From Neoconidiobolus thromboides FSU 785 (Eukaryota; Fungi; Entomophthoromycota): DNA of 64,000 nt. Numbering within the stretch: the first letter of the stretch is position 1; each line of letters begins with the position of its first letter. Both the position numbers and the translations under genes were made by a program. The stretch is from contig MU626265.1 of the NCBI GenBank assembly GCA_025603075.1, positions 157,516 to 221,515 on the forward strand. The letters run 5' to 3'. The notes under the pieces were generated by a model. It did no database searches. It was not told where the DNA came from and saw nothing but the letters and a program-made list of their open reading frames with translations. This document shows positions 11,167-27,623 of the stretch, piece by piece.

Positions 11167-13158
11167 ATGATTTACTCTTCATATAACTTAAGTATATTTA
11201 CTGTCAATGCCTATACCAACATTAAAATAACATCAGGTTTTATTATTAGAATTACTAACCAAAAATCAGTTGCCAGTTTTTTAACCAAGTTGAATACCAG
11301 GGTAGAAACTACATTAATTAGTTCAAATTTAAATGGTCCTATTTTTATAGTACAACGTTATTTGAACACAGTATCAGAAAGGAATAATCAGTTAGATCTT
11401 TGTTGTAATAGGGGATCTGAACATGTTAAAGACAGTAACTTTATGAAGAACAGTGAAGAAGCGAATGTAAGAGTTACAATATCAAAAGATGAATATAGAC
11501 AGTCGGAGTCAAATAATTTAGCTCAACAAACACAAAAAAAGATGGAAGAATATAATAGGCTGGGAGATTACAGAGCTTCCAGTGAGTGCTTTGAAACTTT
11601 TATCCAAACCAAAGGAGATAAACAGTACAGGTTTTTTGGTATAGATTTTTTTAATATTGCTCTGACAGCATTTTTGAGAATGAAAATGTATTCAAGACTT
11701 GTAGATTTATATACAAAAATAAAACAAAATAGAGTGAAGCTGGATATATCTACTTATAATATTGTATTAAAGTCATATTTTGAGCAAAGTAAGTGGAATG
11801 AAATCAACGAATTGAAGCAAGACATTATAACTTATGAGCTAAAACCAAATAAAGTTACTTATTTTCTTTATATTCGAATAAACTTAAACCAGAACAATGA
11901 TAAGCAAGCAATGTCGATTTTTAACAACATAAGTCAAGATAAAGATAAACACCCTCTGTCATTTTCAAATTATCATCAAATTATAGTAGACTTATGTGCC
12001 ATGAGAAAAATGAAGTTAGCATTGAAAGTATATGAGACAATAATAGGTAATGGGATAAAACCTACCGAGGATTTTTGTATTACTTTACTACGAGGCTTAT
12101 TTTCAAGCAATCTGCCACTTATTGCAAATCAATTATATAAACAATGGAAAATCAAATATCCACACTTCAAATCAAGTAAGCGAGTTATCAAATGTATTGT
12201 AGAGGGTATGATCATAAACCGAGAGTATAGTCAAGCATTAAATTATTTAAAAGTGTTAAGAAGGAATGGAGAAACAACTAATAAAGATGTGGAAAAGATA
12301 TGGAATCGGTTATTTACGACCCATTTTACTCAAAAGGAGATAGATTTACAAAAAATTAATACTTTAAAAAGATATCTAGCTGATAATTTCAATTTACCAA
12401 AAAGTTGTATGATAATTGATATAGATGTTTTAGTCAAGACTTATTTAATTGCCCCAGAGCAAGATCATAGTAATTCTCAAAAAATGGAAATGAATGGCAA
12501 TCTTCCTTTGGATTCTTTTTTCGAGCATAGAGTAAAGCCTATATTTACTCCAACATTGAGTGTTTTTAACGCTCTAGCACAAACTTTGAGCAAATATAAC
12601 ATGGATGATCTAAATTCGCAACTATTACTATTAGCAGAAAGAGAGCTTGGCTCAATTCCGCTTTCGATATATAATATAATGCTGAAAAAAGCATTCCAGG
12701 TAGGGGATATTAACATTGTTAATACTTTATTAGCCAAACTAGAAGAAGATAAAGTAGAATTCAATACAATGCTATACTCAACAATAATTAATGGCTATTG
12801 TTTCTCAAGTGAACCTAAAAAAGCATTATTAACTTACCGTGATATGCGATTAAAAAATTACCCAAGGTTACTTTATCCAGCTATCAAAGTAATCAAGTTA
12901 AGTAGAAGATTAAAAGAGGTCAACTTTATGTTATGGATTATCAAGGATACCCTCGGTTACTATGGTCATGATTCGATGTCCAGTGATGATAAAAACTGTT
13001 ATAGTTTAGATACTACTTTAAGTGAGACGGAAATTGAATTGTTTATTAGCAAATTAAAAGCATTAAAATCTCCGACTATTGATTTTGTTTTATTGAACTA
13101 TGATAAACTAAAATTAAGGTTAAATGGTGATATTACTAACAATAATAAACTTTATTGA
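11167..13158 (+). CDS. Pentatricopeptide-repeat protein, intronless, probably mitochondrial
   Basis: 663-aa ORF with PPR units such as DISTYNIVLKSY, NKVTYFLYI, SIYNIMLKKAFQVGD, NTMLYSTIINGYCFSSEPKKALLTYRDM. Confidence 0.85.
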   Translation: MIYSSYNLSIFTVNAYTNIKITSGFIIRITNQKSVASFLTKLNTRVETTLISSNLNGPIFIVQRYLNTVSERNNQLDLCCNRGSEHVKDSNFMKNSEEANVRVTISKDEYRQSESNNLAQQTQKKMEEYNRLGDYRASSECFETFIQTKGDKQYRFFGIDFFNIALTAFLRMKMYSRLVDLYTKIKQNRVKLDISTYNIVLKSYFEQSKWNEINELKQDIITYELKPNKVTYFLYIRINLNQNNDKQAMSIFNNISQDKDKHPLSFSNYHQIIVDLCAMRKMKLALKVYETIIGNGIKPTEDFCITLLRGLFSSNLPLIANQLYKQWKIKYPHFKSSKRVIKCIVEGMIINREYSQALNYLKVLRRNGETTNKDVEKIWNRLFTTHFTQKEIDLQKINTLKRYLADNFNLPKSCMIIDIDVLVKTYLIAPEQDHSNSQKMEMNGNLPLDSFFEHRVKPIFTPTLSVFNALAQTLSKYNMDDLNSQLLLLAERELGSIPLSIYNIMLKKAFQVGDINIVNTLLAKLEEDKVEFNTMLYSTIINGYCFSSEPKKALLTYRDMRLKNYPRLLYPAIKVIKLSRRLKEVNFMLWIIKDTLGYYGHDSMSSDDKNCYSLDTTLSETEIELFISKLKALKSPTIDFVLLNYDKLKLRLNGDITNNNKLY

Positions 13159-13814
13159 ACACTGAATTTTTATAAATTATTATTTTAAATTATTTTACTC
13201 ACATTTGACATAACCAAGTTTGATATTACTACCACTTTGGGACCGCTTGTATCTTTACTCAGCTATACTCCTTTAATTTATAAATATTGCTATGTGTGTT
13301 TTTACGAGAAATACAGATATGAAATTTAATGATGCGTTACATAATAAGAATAATGAAACAGGGGAAAATGTTTATGTCCAATAATTATTAAATGAAAATT
13401 AAAAAATAAAATGAAAGTTCAATCTTATTATATGTTGCCATTTAGTTAATGTCTAAATAATCGATAGTATAAATACTATATAATATGACTTTCAAGATAT
13501 AAAAAAGAACATTGTTTTAATAACTGGAACTTTAGTTAATATTAATCCGTCAAGGTTAAAACATAAACTTCTATCATAATGATAAACCCACAGTCCTAAT
13601 TTAGCTAAAAAAAAACAAGTATTAACCTAGTTATTATGAATCGATCGTAAATTATAAAAATGTCATTATTTAATACTATAATACAATTGAAAATAAAATT
13701 CATTTTTTCAGTTTCATTTAATAAATCGTACTAAAAAAGGTTTACAGTAGTCAAAAGTATGATTTGTAATTCTACCCAATTGTGATTAAACGATTGATTT
13801 TTAGTATCTTATAT

Positions 13815-14388
13815 TTATTCTCCAAATAGGCGTTGTACTCTTTTTAATACAGAATCCTTGGATGGATCTAAATTATTGTTGTTAATAAGTATCCATATCA
13901 TTTAAAAATAATTACCATAAGGATGGTCCTTTGAAGGAATTTCTAAAATAGTAGGAAAAGCTTGAGTGTAACCATCAATCAATGGTCTGATCTGCTCAGC
14001 AACCTTACGATAAAATTAGCAAGCTAGAAGTTATAATTAAATAAAACTTACATGTTGATTAATTAAAATAATAGCGATATCTTTACGTTGAGTGAACTCA
14101 TTGAAAGTTGTTTCTAGAGTATCTAACTGAGTTTCTAGTATTACTGTTAATACTCAATTCTTCTAAATAGTTTAATTCTACTTACTGTTATCAACCACCA
14201 TAAAATTACTTTTTTGTTGTGCATCAATGTGCCCTACTCCAGATAATAATAATCCAGTTACAGTATCCTAATTAAATCAAATGAATTCATACTTCTACAT
14301 TTTGCTTTTCTAATCTCTTACTTACCTCATCCCCTATTACTGCTAAGAAATTACGTCCTTTATTGTTTGCTGAAACTTTGGGATCCAT
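13815..14388 (-). CDS. VMA7: V-type ATPase subunit F; 5 exons
   Basis: LAVIGDE|[13 protein letters not shown]...[12 protein letters not shown]|[29 protein letters not shown]|[17 protein letters not shown]. Confidence 0.95.
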
Positions 14389-14533
14389 TTTGATTGTAAA
14401 TTTTAAGCCACGAATTTCTGTTAACTGACTAAATAGCAACTTGACTTTTGCTTCTTTCGCTTCCTAATGCAACTTTTTGCACAAAATGTACTGTATTTTT
14501 AAACTTGGCAGTTTTGATAGTTATTTTTTAAAA

Positions 14534-15706
14534 ATGAAAAAATTATATATTTTAACAAGGTTAATAAAAAACAATAGAAGCCTACAGCAATGTATAATAA
14601 AGAATCACAACTATCAAAATATACGTTATGAATCAACAATAGGCACTAAAAAATGGTTAGACAAACTTAAATTTGATGAACCAACCACTTTAGAAGTATA
14701 TAAAAAACCAAAGATAATAATTAATGAAGAGATAGCGTCCATCTTACATCAACACATTTTAAGAAAGGATTTCAACAAGTGTATTGACCTCATTGAGTTA
14801 TACTTATTTCGAACTCATAATTATATCGATTATAATCTTATAAGTTTGGTTCTTAGAGCTATAATCGACCACTTTAAGTTTCAGTATAAGTTTAAAACTT
14901 ATATTAAAGATGAAGCATTTTTACTATTGGGGAGGCTGTATAATAATTTAAGCCAGTTTAAAATCAAACTGGACCGAAATTGTGCAAATTGTTTTATCTA
15001 TGCTAATGTATTAAAATTGGATTTAGATATGGATAAAGTAGAACAGATATATAAAGAAAATGAGGTTGATTACGACATTGTTACTTATACTAACTTGATC
15101 TTAGGTTATGGAAGGATTGGAGACTTTAAAAAAATACGTTCGATTTATAGATATATAAAATTTCAAACACAACTAACAATTAATAATGTTACTTATTCTA
15201 CTATTATTGTTAGCTGTTTGAATAAAAATAAATTGAATTTGGCACTAACCTATTATTATCAAATGTTGGAAGAAGGCGTTAAACCTACAAATCATATTAT
15301 CGGACCTTTGATCATAGCAAATTTAAAATTAAAGCAAGTGGATCAAGCTTTGATGTTATTCAATTCTTTGTTGAATTTAAATATTCAACCTGATCGTCTT
15401 TGTATGGAAAAAATGGTTATTGGTCTAGTAAAAAACCAACATTATGAGGTGAGTTTAAAGTTTTTAGAGCAAGCAGTTCATTATGGCTATTCCCTCAATC
15501 CTAAGTTTTATTTACAATTGATTAGTTGTGTACAAAGAGAAGCAGATGTTTTAGTAACTATTTGGGATTTTTATCTAAACACCACAATTAAACTCAATCA
15601 AGAGGTTTTATTAGCATTCTACAGTGCTTTTAAATTAAATAAGAAGGGGATTGCTGATACTATTCTAGTATCAATTCAAGAGCAATATAAAACTACTGAT
15701 TTATAA
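14534..15706 (+). CDS. Pentatricopeptide-repeat protein, intronless, probably mitochondrial
   Basis: Basic N-terminus; PPR units DIVTYTNLILGYGRIGDFKK, NNVTYSTIIVSCLNKNKLNLALTYYYQMLEEGVKP. Confidence 0.85.
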   Translation: MKKLYILTRLIKNNRSLQQCIIKNHNYQNIRYESTIGTKKWLDKLKFDEPTTLEVYKKPKIIINEEIASILHQHILRKDFNKCIDLIELYLFRTHNYIDYNLISLVLRAIIDHFKFQYKFKTYIKDEAFLLLGRLYNNLSQFKIKLDRNCANCFIYANVLKLDLDMDKVEQIYKENEVDYDIVTYTNLILGYGRIGDFKKIRSIYRYIKFQTQLTINNVTYSTIIVSCLNKNKLNLALTYYYQMLEEGVKPTNHIIGPLIIANLKLKQVDQALMLFNSLLNLNIQPDRLCMEKMVIGLVKNQHYEVSLKFLEQAVHYGYSLNPKFYLQLISCVQREADVLVTIWDFYLNTTIKLNQEVLLAFYSAFKLNKKGIADTILVSIQEQYKTTDL

Positions 15707-15833
15707 AATATTATAAATAAAATTGACGTTGTTTGATAGATTTATCTTTTACTTATTAAAACATAGAATAATTTTTAAAAAAACAATAATAATTCAAAAT
15801 TTGATTCTGGTTTAATATATACTCAAAAATAAA

Positions 15834-17287
15834 CTATTCGTCATCTTCATCAGAAGTTTCTTCTTCAGCTTCTCTATAAAATAGAATTAATGATTGCTCA
15901 ATTGCTTAAATCATAATAAACTTACTCTAACCAACTAAGAAAAGGTTGGGCCTTTTCCTTAATAGTTTTACTAATCTTCTTATCCACATATTTCTTACTA
16001 GGCTTTTCTCCCCACTTTAAAAAGATTTCCTCTTCAACTAAGTCGAAGTCGTAAATCAATTTAAGAATAACAGGTACTTTGGCCATAAGATTAGGAAAAG
16101 TAATACCAACTAAACGTTCAATTCCACCCAATAAAGCTTTTTGATGTTTTTCTCCAGTGATAAACTATGTCGAGTTAGTATATTGCTTATTATAAATATT
16201 ATCAGTTTACCTTGCGTAGCAATTTAACTCTTTTAGGAAGCTGAGAAACAATTTTTTCATTAAAGATAACTTGAACTAATACTTGGACAGTACGGTGCTT
16301 TCCTAAAACGCCATGCTCTTCGGCGCATTTAATGATTTCTTCATCACTGACAGAAACGTTTCCTTCCAATTCAGTGCCAAACTTTTCATATGGATTATCA
16401 CCTTCATCCTCATCATCATCGTCTAAAATAAGGCTATTAATACCTTCTTGGAGTTCTTTGGTACGCTTTTCAATAGCTTCTGCTGACATATCGACAGCCC
16501 AATCATTGTCATCAACTTCTACATTAGCAAGTTGAGCCGCTTCACGGTTGATTCTTGCAGTAAGTTCATCTTCGTCATCAGATTCCTTTTGTTCGGGGCT
16601 CCCTCCTCCGAAAGTGCCATCCTCTGAAGCTTTAACTGATTTCTTACTAAAATACTGTCAATATAAAAACAAATATCTATAAATTTCAACTACATTTTCT
16701 TTGGAGGTGGTGGAGGGTTCTTAATAATAAAAACAGAGAGACGATGCTTCATATCAACACCAGAACGTTTTCCACAGGCTTTACAATCTCTAATGATTGA
16801 TTGGTCTTTAAGAATAAACTAAAAATCATTTAGTTTTTGTTTACGGATTAAAATAAAAATAGCTACTAAATCAGTTTCTGGATTTTTACATTCTTTACAC
16901 AATACAAATTTTTCAATAAACAAGTATAATAAATCTTGAAGCTTTTCGGCTTCATGCGCTCCATTTACAATATATCTATCATTTTTAGCTTCACTTTTAA
17001 CTTGTGCACCTAACTCACATCCAAAGAATTTGGTTGGGTCTAAATTAATTAATATATGAAATCAAACTACAAGTACTAGTATTACATTCAGGTGGACGAC
17101 TTAAAGCTTTAGCAATCTCTGGCATATTTGGAATGACAGTTTTAATACCATTACCTTTACCTTCAATCTAAAATAATTAATAATTAAATTGTAAATAAAC
17201 CAAAATCTTTACCTTTGAGATAAGCTTTGGCATTTTGTAACGATAGAAAGGATCGTTATTATCACGACGGATGTTAATGTTAGTCAT
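15834..17287 (-). CDS. TIF5: Translation initiation factor eIF5, multi-exon
   Basis: [25 protein letters not shown]|[14 protein letters not shown]; zinc-finger CKECKNPET...CKACG; W2 domain ending WLEEAEEETSEDDE. Confidence 0.95.
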
Positions 17288-18323
17288 TTTCTATCTCCGT
17301 TAAATTTTACTTTTTTAGAATGAATAAATCCTTACTATTTAATTTGGTTAACTTTTAATTATATTGAAATTTACACTTATATTTTAATCGTATATGAGAT
17401 ATAGTTGTAAAGGTATTAAAATTAAAAAACATAAGCCTTCTTCTTTGTAATTGCTTCAATTTATATATAGATGGAATTTGGATGTAGGTTAATTCCTTTT
17501 CAATTTAGCTTTGAGAAAAGAGTAAGTTATTTAAATTTCTTGATTATTTATTCTCTACTGCCCTTATGTTGATTGGCTCAACTACGGGCTTAGCTTCCCA
17601 CCATTGGTGGGGTGTTGGGGTGGTTTACTCGTTTTGAAAGCAAATAGCCAATAAAGTTGACTTTTTAAGGAATTTTTAAGTTTTTTAAACTTGAATAACA
17701 ATATATTTCATTTAATGAGAGTAAATTGAAAATATTTTACTCCGACTTTCGCAGCTTTTAATTGAGTAAATTGTGTTTAGTCTACAAGGCAATAATTGTA
17801 TTCATACCACAACCCATCCTTATTCATTAATTTAAAAGTTTGAATAAGTAAATTTGGTATCAATTAATCAATGTATAATATTATAAGGCCACCATATGAA
17901 GCTACAGCTTCACTACCTTAAATACATTGCTTTCATATTTTATAATATATCATTTTTAAAGGCCGATTTCCCAATCAAAATGTTTATCCGAATATTTGTT
18001 CTTTTAAATCAATGTTAAAATCTTTTACTAGTGTTTCTTTTGACCTTTAGGTTAAGATTGTTGATTACCGCCTCCTTTCCTCTCCTCAATATCGTATTGT
18101 TGTCCTTTGTTTCTAGCTGTCTAGATTTAGTCTAAGTCTTATTTCTTCTTCTTATTGCTTATCTACTATTCCTTAGGAATTACTTCTTGCTGCAGTTTCT
18201 ATTTTCTTTTCACTTTTCATTGTTCATAAAATAGTGCTCCTTAGGTAAGGATCAAAAAAATTAATGTTTAAATTATATTAAAATTCTAGCAAATGAGCTT
18301 AACAAAGTTACTTTTTGGTATAT

Positions 18324-18416
18324 GAGGATGTTTTTTGATTTCACTTTTTCTATTTTTAAGCGCTATTTGAGTCGAAAAATTGTTAGTAAAATTCTTAAAT
18401 ACAAAAATACATCTCC
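18324..18416 (-). mobile_element. MITE copy 2
   Basis: ATAT|GAGGATG...CATCTCC|ATAT. Confidence 0.9.
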
Positions 18417-19751
18417 ATATTTTAAATTATTGAATATTATTGATTTATATTAAAAATGCAATAAAACACACATAATTTTATTAAGAATAAATTCTGTAAA
18501 AAGATACTTTTTTATATTTGTGAATCACAATTCAAACAAAAAGTAAAATTTATAAGATCAAACTTAATATAAAATGAAATGTGAAATAAATTTTAATGAA
18601 TCTATATTTTTCTAACAGAGTTCTTAAAATAATAAACAATAGATTACACCATAGTATTAATAAAATAAAGTTATTTAAACGAATTTATTAATAAAACTTT
18701 CAAGTCGTGACTTTATTTTTCCGTTAAAAAGCCCGTCTGCAAAGATATTAAAATAACAAGTTTCTATATATCATAATGTTAGATACATATAAGATTATTA
18801 AATTTATAATATTTATAATATTTATAATTCAATATTTACAAAAAAGTTAAAGTGATTTAAAAAACATATCTTAGAAATTATTTAACTAAATTTTATTCTC
18901 TAAAATACAGTTATATGCTATATTTATATGTTATTATGGTAGTTAAAGTGATCTTGTTAACGGCTAATAATGCTACAATAAAAATTATATTGTAATAACA
19001 GCTGCATTAAAATTCTAAAAAATAAGTTGCAATGAATATTATTTTACGTTTTCAAAAGCATGCATGCTACGCTGTTAGTATTTAAAAAAGGTATTTTGAT
19101 CAAAATTATGCCAATTTTTAATATTCATATACCAAGGTCAGTATATATAAGAGAATCGATTATAAGTAATATTGATAAGTACACATTAAAGGTAAAATTT
19201 TATAGTCAACAGTTCCGTATAGTAATACATTAAATATCAAATTAGATTCATGAGCTATAAACTATGAGCATGCTTAATATAATTAATTTGATCACAATAT
19301 GTTAAATTATAAATGGGTATAAGTAAACCTTTAGTTGATAATTTATTTTATATGAATATTTAATTCTTTTATTTATACTAAAACAAATAGTTATTTATAG
19401 TCAAAAAATGAATTGAATTTTGCATTTTTCTCTTTTGCATAAAAATTCAATTCCTAAAAAGTTTACACAACTGAAGTCAAAATTTCAATTGAATTTTATA
19501 TGAGCGGTTATAGCTGATTCTATATTTAATTAACAATCATCAAAGCATTTATTGATACATCAACATAAACTATTTAATTTTGTCTAATAATTTAATCGGA
19601 TTTAAATCTCACTCTTACCTACTACTTATTTGAAATAAGACTAGTTTAAGGTCCTTTAATTAATTGACTAAGCCACACCTCTTTCTTAACCCAATTAACC
19701 TAATCTATACAAAACAAAACGAAAAGTATAATAGCAAACTTAAAATCAACT

Positions 19752-22951
<3,200 letters not shown>

Positions 22952-23286
22952 TATAATTTAAAAACTTTGTTGGTTGGCATTAATTTAATAACTTTAAAAT
23001 TTTTGTTAAATCTTGTTCTTATCTTGTTATAAAACTAACTTGGAGTTTTGAAAATAAATTAATTAGAATTTTTTAGCGATTATTATTTGATCAATTTTAA
23101 AAAAGTTATTTATTTTATTAATGTGTTAAATGATTTACAAAAGTTGATTTTCATATATTCTTTTTTATTGCTTTATAGCTACTGACTTTATTGTATTAAT
23201 CAAAAGCAGGTCGATACGAATAGAAGGCATAAATCAAGAAAGAAGCCTTGGTTGATCTATTCCAAAGTGTAAATCTTCTACTTTGT

Positions 23287-23801
23287 TTAATCGCCTGAGC
23301 AACAACCTCTACAACCACAATGAACACACTCAACCACCCTACCTTCTTCAAGTTTTGATTTAGGTACACGACAAATACAAGTGTTACCAAAATTGGTATC
23401 TTTTGGCTGTACACATCTTAAGCAGCACAATTTTTCAAACCCTGGCTTCTTCCATTTAGCAATCAAGTTTCTATCAGCAATATTGATTTTGACACAATAT
23501 TCAAAAACTTCTTTGGAAATTGTTTTTCTTTTATAATACATTTCATAGATGTATCTATTTCTTTGATGATGGACTCGAAAGATTGGCCATAATGCTTCAA
23601 CTTTACGTTTACCTTCATGCTGTTCATTTTCAGCTAAATATTATTTACTCTTATTAATAGTTGTATTTATAAGGTTCTAAATGTAAGAATATACTACTTA
23701 CCTTCACGCATCTTTGTAGCAAACTCTTGTAATACTGGTGCTATCTTTTCAAATCCTTCAGGTGCTTTTTTTCCCTTATGTATTAGCTTTCTTCTATACA
23801 T
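23287..23801 (-). CDS. BUD31: Splicing factor Bud31/G10; 3 exons
   Basis: [48 protein letters not shown]. Confidence 0.96.
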
Positions 23802-24119
23802 TTTGCTATATACTCTCAACCGATTTTTTTCTAGACAATTACTAGTGAATGAATAGGAAATAAAATTTTAAAGTTTAAAATAGTTACTTTTATTTGCTTT
23901 TATAAATTTTAACCAAATCAAATGAAACTTAGTCCTTTTCTTGCAGCTATTTTTACCTGAGCAAAGCCTAAAGCTTGATTGGCTAATTAACTGACAACTA
24001 AAATGAGGCCTAAGTTCAAAAGATTGGGCCAAGTAAAATTAGCCAACCAGATTTAGCTAGTATCAAAAATTTATTGAAAGTAAAAACTCATTTTGTTTAT
24101 AAATAAATAAAATAAAACT

Positions 24120-26333
24120 ATGGTATTATTAATAACAATAATATATAGGCATAATAATAACCCTTTTATTTAGTCTTTAGCACCAATTCAAATTTTAGCT
24201 GATAATTCCACCGAAGAGCGTGCTGAAAACGCCCGTTTAGTAAGCTACAGCACGATATATAAACAATGATACTAATAATAATATAGTCTTCTTTTATCGG
24301 AGCTATTGCTGTAGGAGATTTAGTAAAGAGTACTTTAGGTCCAAAAGGAATGGTAAATAAAAAATCATATCAGTGATTTCCATTAATATTTAAAAATAGG
24401 ACAAAATTTTACAAAGTTCATCTACTGGTGAAATTATGGTAACCAATGATGGAGCTACTATCCTTAAGTCTATTGCACTCGATAATGCAGCAGCTAAAGT
24501 ATTAGTTAATCTATCCAAAGTACAAGATGATGAAGTTGGTGATGGTACAACTTCCGTTTGCGTTTTAGCTGCTGAACTTTTAAGAGAAGCTGAAAAACTT
24601 ATTAACTTAAGAATTCATCCACAAACTATTATTGATGGTTTCCGTATTGCTTCTAAAGCTGCCTATGAGGCTCTCGCTGAAGCTGCTATTGATAATAGGT
24701 ATTTTTTAATATTAATCAAAGCTGAATAGGACTTATTGTTTTAGTGCTTCAACTGAAGACTTTAGAAAAGATCTCGTTAATATTGCTCGTACTACTTTAA
24801 GTTCTAAAGTTTTATCCTCTGATAAAGAATACTTTTCTAACCTTGCAGTAGATGCTGTTTTAAGATTAAAGGTAGTCATAATAGTAATATAATAGAAATT
24901 CAAAGCTAATGTTGGTTGTAGGGTAGCACCAACTTAGAAAACATTCAAATTATCAAAAAAGTAGGAGGGAAACTTTCAGATTCCTTTTTAGATGAAGGTA
25001 ATTACTTATAGGTATCTTTTTAGATAAATTTTAATATTTTTAAAGGTTTTATTCTTGACAAAAAAATTGGTGTAAACCAACCTAAACGTATTGAAAATGC
25101 TAAAATTCTTATTGCCAATACATGTAAGTCTCAATTATTTTAGTAAAAAATTATATTAAATCTATTTTTATAGCTATGGATACTGACAAAATTAAAATCT
25201 TTGGTGCTAGAGTAAAAGTAGATGCAACCGGAAAGTTGGCTGAATTAGAAAGAGCTGAAAGAGTAAAGATATATTTAATCGTAGCAGAAAAGAAAACTTA
25301 TAATTGATTAGGAAAAAATGAAGGAAAAGGTAGAAAAAATTAAAGCCCATGGCATTAACTGCTTTGTCAATCGCCAATTAATTTATAACTGGCCTGAACA
25401 GCTTTTTGCTGATTCTGGTATTATGGCCATTGAGCATGCTGATTTCGATGGTGTTGAGCGTCTTTCTTTAGTTACAGGTAATGTTCGATTTAGTATTTGT
25501 TAAATTTTTTATTAATGTTAAAGGCGGTGAAATTGCTTCTACTTTTGATCATCCCGATTTAGTTAAAGTTGGTCACTGTGATTTGATTGAAGAAATCATT
25601 ATTGGTGAAGATAAAATGATTAAATTTTCTGGTGTTGCTGCCGGTGAAGCTTGTACTGTTGTTTTACGTGGTGCTACCAATCAACTATTAGATGAAGCTG
25701 AACGTTCTCTTCATGATGCTTTATCTGTTTTATCACAAACTGTTAAACAACCAAAAACTGTTTTAGGTGGAGGTAAGTTAAAACAAAGTTTAATAATTTT
25801 TTATTTAACATCAGTTTAGGATGCTCTGAAATGCTAATGTCAAAAGCTGCTGAAGAAATTGCTTCAAAAACTCCGGGTAAAAAAGCTATGGCTATTGAAG
25901 CTTTTGCAAGAGCTCTTCGTCAGGTAAAAATTTAGTTAGCCTTATTTAACTATGAGCCTAAAACAAATTTTAGCTTCCAACCTATCTTGCTGATAATGCA
26001 GGTTATGATAGTTCTGAATTAGTTTCCCAACTTCGTTCAGCTCATTATGAAGGACTCAATGAAAGTGGACTTGGTAAGATCTCTTGTTTTTATAAAATTA
26101 ATTATTTATTAACAATAACTAGATATGTATAATGGCAAAGTAGCTAATGTACGTGAACTTGGGGTGACAGAATCTTATAAGCTAAAGTCACAGGTTTTAT
26201 TAAGTGCTTCAGAAGCAGCTGAAATGATCATTAGAGTTGATGATATTATTCGTGCTGCTCCAAGGTAACTCATTATCATAAAGTTGATAATGTAAACTAA
26301 TAGTTGTTTTATAGACCACGTGATAGACATTAG
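24120..26333 (+). CDS. CCT2: Chaperonin CCT beta subunit; about 13 introns, the first directly after the ATG
   Basis: [53 protein letters not shown], ends APRPRDRH. Confidence 0.96.
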
Positions 26334-26567
26334 AAATTTTAATAAAAAAAATAAAAGATTAAATGAATGCTAAATAAAAGCTAGGAGAAGACATTTATGT
26401 TTTTTATATTACTAATGTTTGTTTATGCTATATTAAAATTCTAATCAAAATTCTTGATGTATAATAGATTCATTACAATTATACTTATTGTAGTATTTAT
26501 TTGGGTTTTTTAACTATAGATGGTTTAAAAAGCTTCAAGTCTTAGATAATTTATAGAACAATTATGT

Positions 26568-26664
26568 GAGGATATTTTTTGGTTTCATTACTTTTTCCAT
26601 TTTTTAAGCGCTATTTGAGTGAAAAGATTTTTAGTAAAATTCTTAAATACAAAAATACAGCCTC
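26568..26664 (-). mobile_element. MITE copy 3
   Basis: ATGT|GAGGATA...CAGCCTC|ATAT. Confidence 0.88.
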
Positions 26665-27476
26665 ATATATATTTATTAAAAGATGATATTTAATTTGTTT
26701 ATTTTTAAATATTAATGTTAATAAATAATAAAAATAAATTGTAAGATCAATGATTAGATCGAGCAATAAGTATAAATAAAATTAGACTAATAACTTTGTC
26801 TAAAATAAGACTTAAACACTAATATAGGTTTAGTGACAATGAATATGAAAATAAAAATAAATTATTTTTTAAATTAGAATAGTTTTTTGAACGTAAGTAC
26901 ATTAAAAGATTAAGAAAAAAATCAAAGAAAAGATAATGAAATAATAATAATAATTTACATTTTAATAATATTAACTTCTGAATTGAAAGTTTTATTTAAC
27001 TAATTTATTTATAAACATTTAAATAATTTTTAAAATATATCTAAAATGACAGCTAAATTTTAATTTTACGAAATCAATTAAGTTTTAAAGTAGTTTTCCA
27101 TTTAAACACGTTTTCCATCATGAAACTTAAAACAATTCTACAATCTTCCAAAATTTGGAATTATTTTTGATGAGGCTTATGATTTATTATTCGATAAACA
27201 ATCTTTTTAATAGAGTCATAGCGGTGATTATCCAACAATTTTATTATATTTTACACAATCTGTTATATTTAGGTACATTATAAAATAGTAGTAATATGAA
27301 CTCATAAATATTATGGACTATTTTTTATATTAAGTTTAATATTTCTAAATATTAAAAAATGTTGTAATTATGAGTTAATTATTCTTAACCAATGAAATGC
27401 TAGCTCATCGCAAATTCAAAGTGATTATGATAACGAATCAAAATAAAGGAAGGAGGTAACTTTAGTAGTATTTACT

Positions 27477-27491
27477 TGAATCTTCTAGAAA
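27477..27491. promoter_or_regulatory. Perfect heat-shock element upstream of HSP70
   Basis: tGAAtcTTCtaGAAa (three alternating nGAAn units); CCAAT at ~27501 and TATAAAA at 27547 follow. Confidence 0.8.
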
Positions 27492-27623
27492 AAGAAAGAG
27501 CCAATTAGTGATTACTCAAGCATTATTATACAAATACTCGAAATAGTATAAAAAGATAAAAAAGTCAAATTGGTCATTTATTAGAAATCTTATATATCTT
27601 CTCATTGTATAAATTTATAAAAT

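Noticed and set aside
17597-17611. Perfect palindrome CCCACCA-T-TGGTGGG upstream of eIF5
   Set aside because: It is a single short occurrence overlapping a CCAAT box; more likely a promoter site than an RNA structure, and not supportable further.
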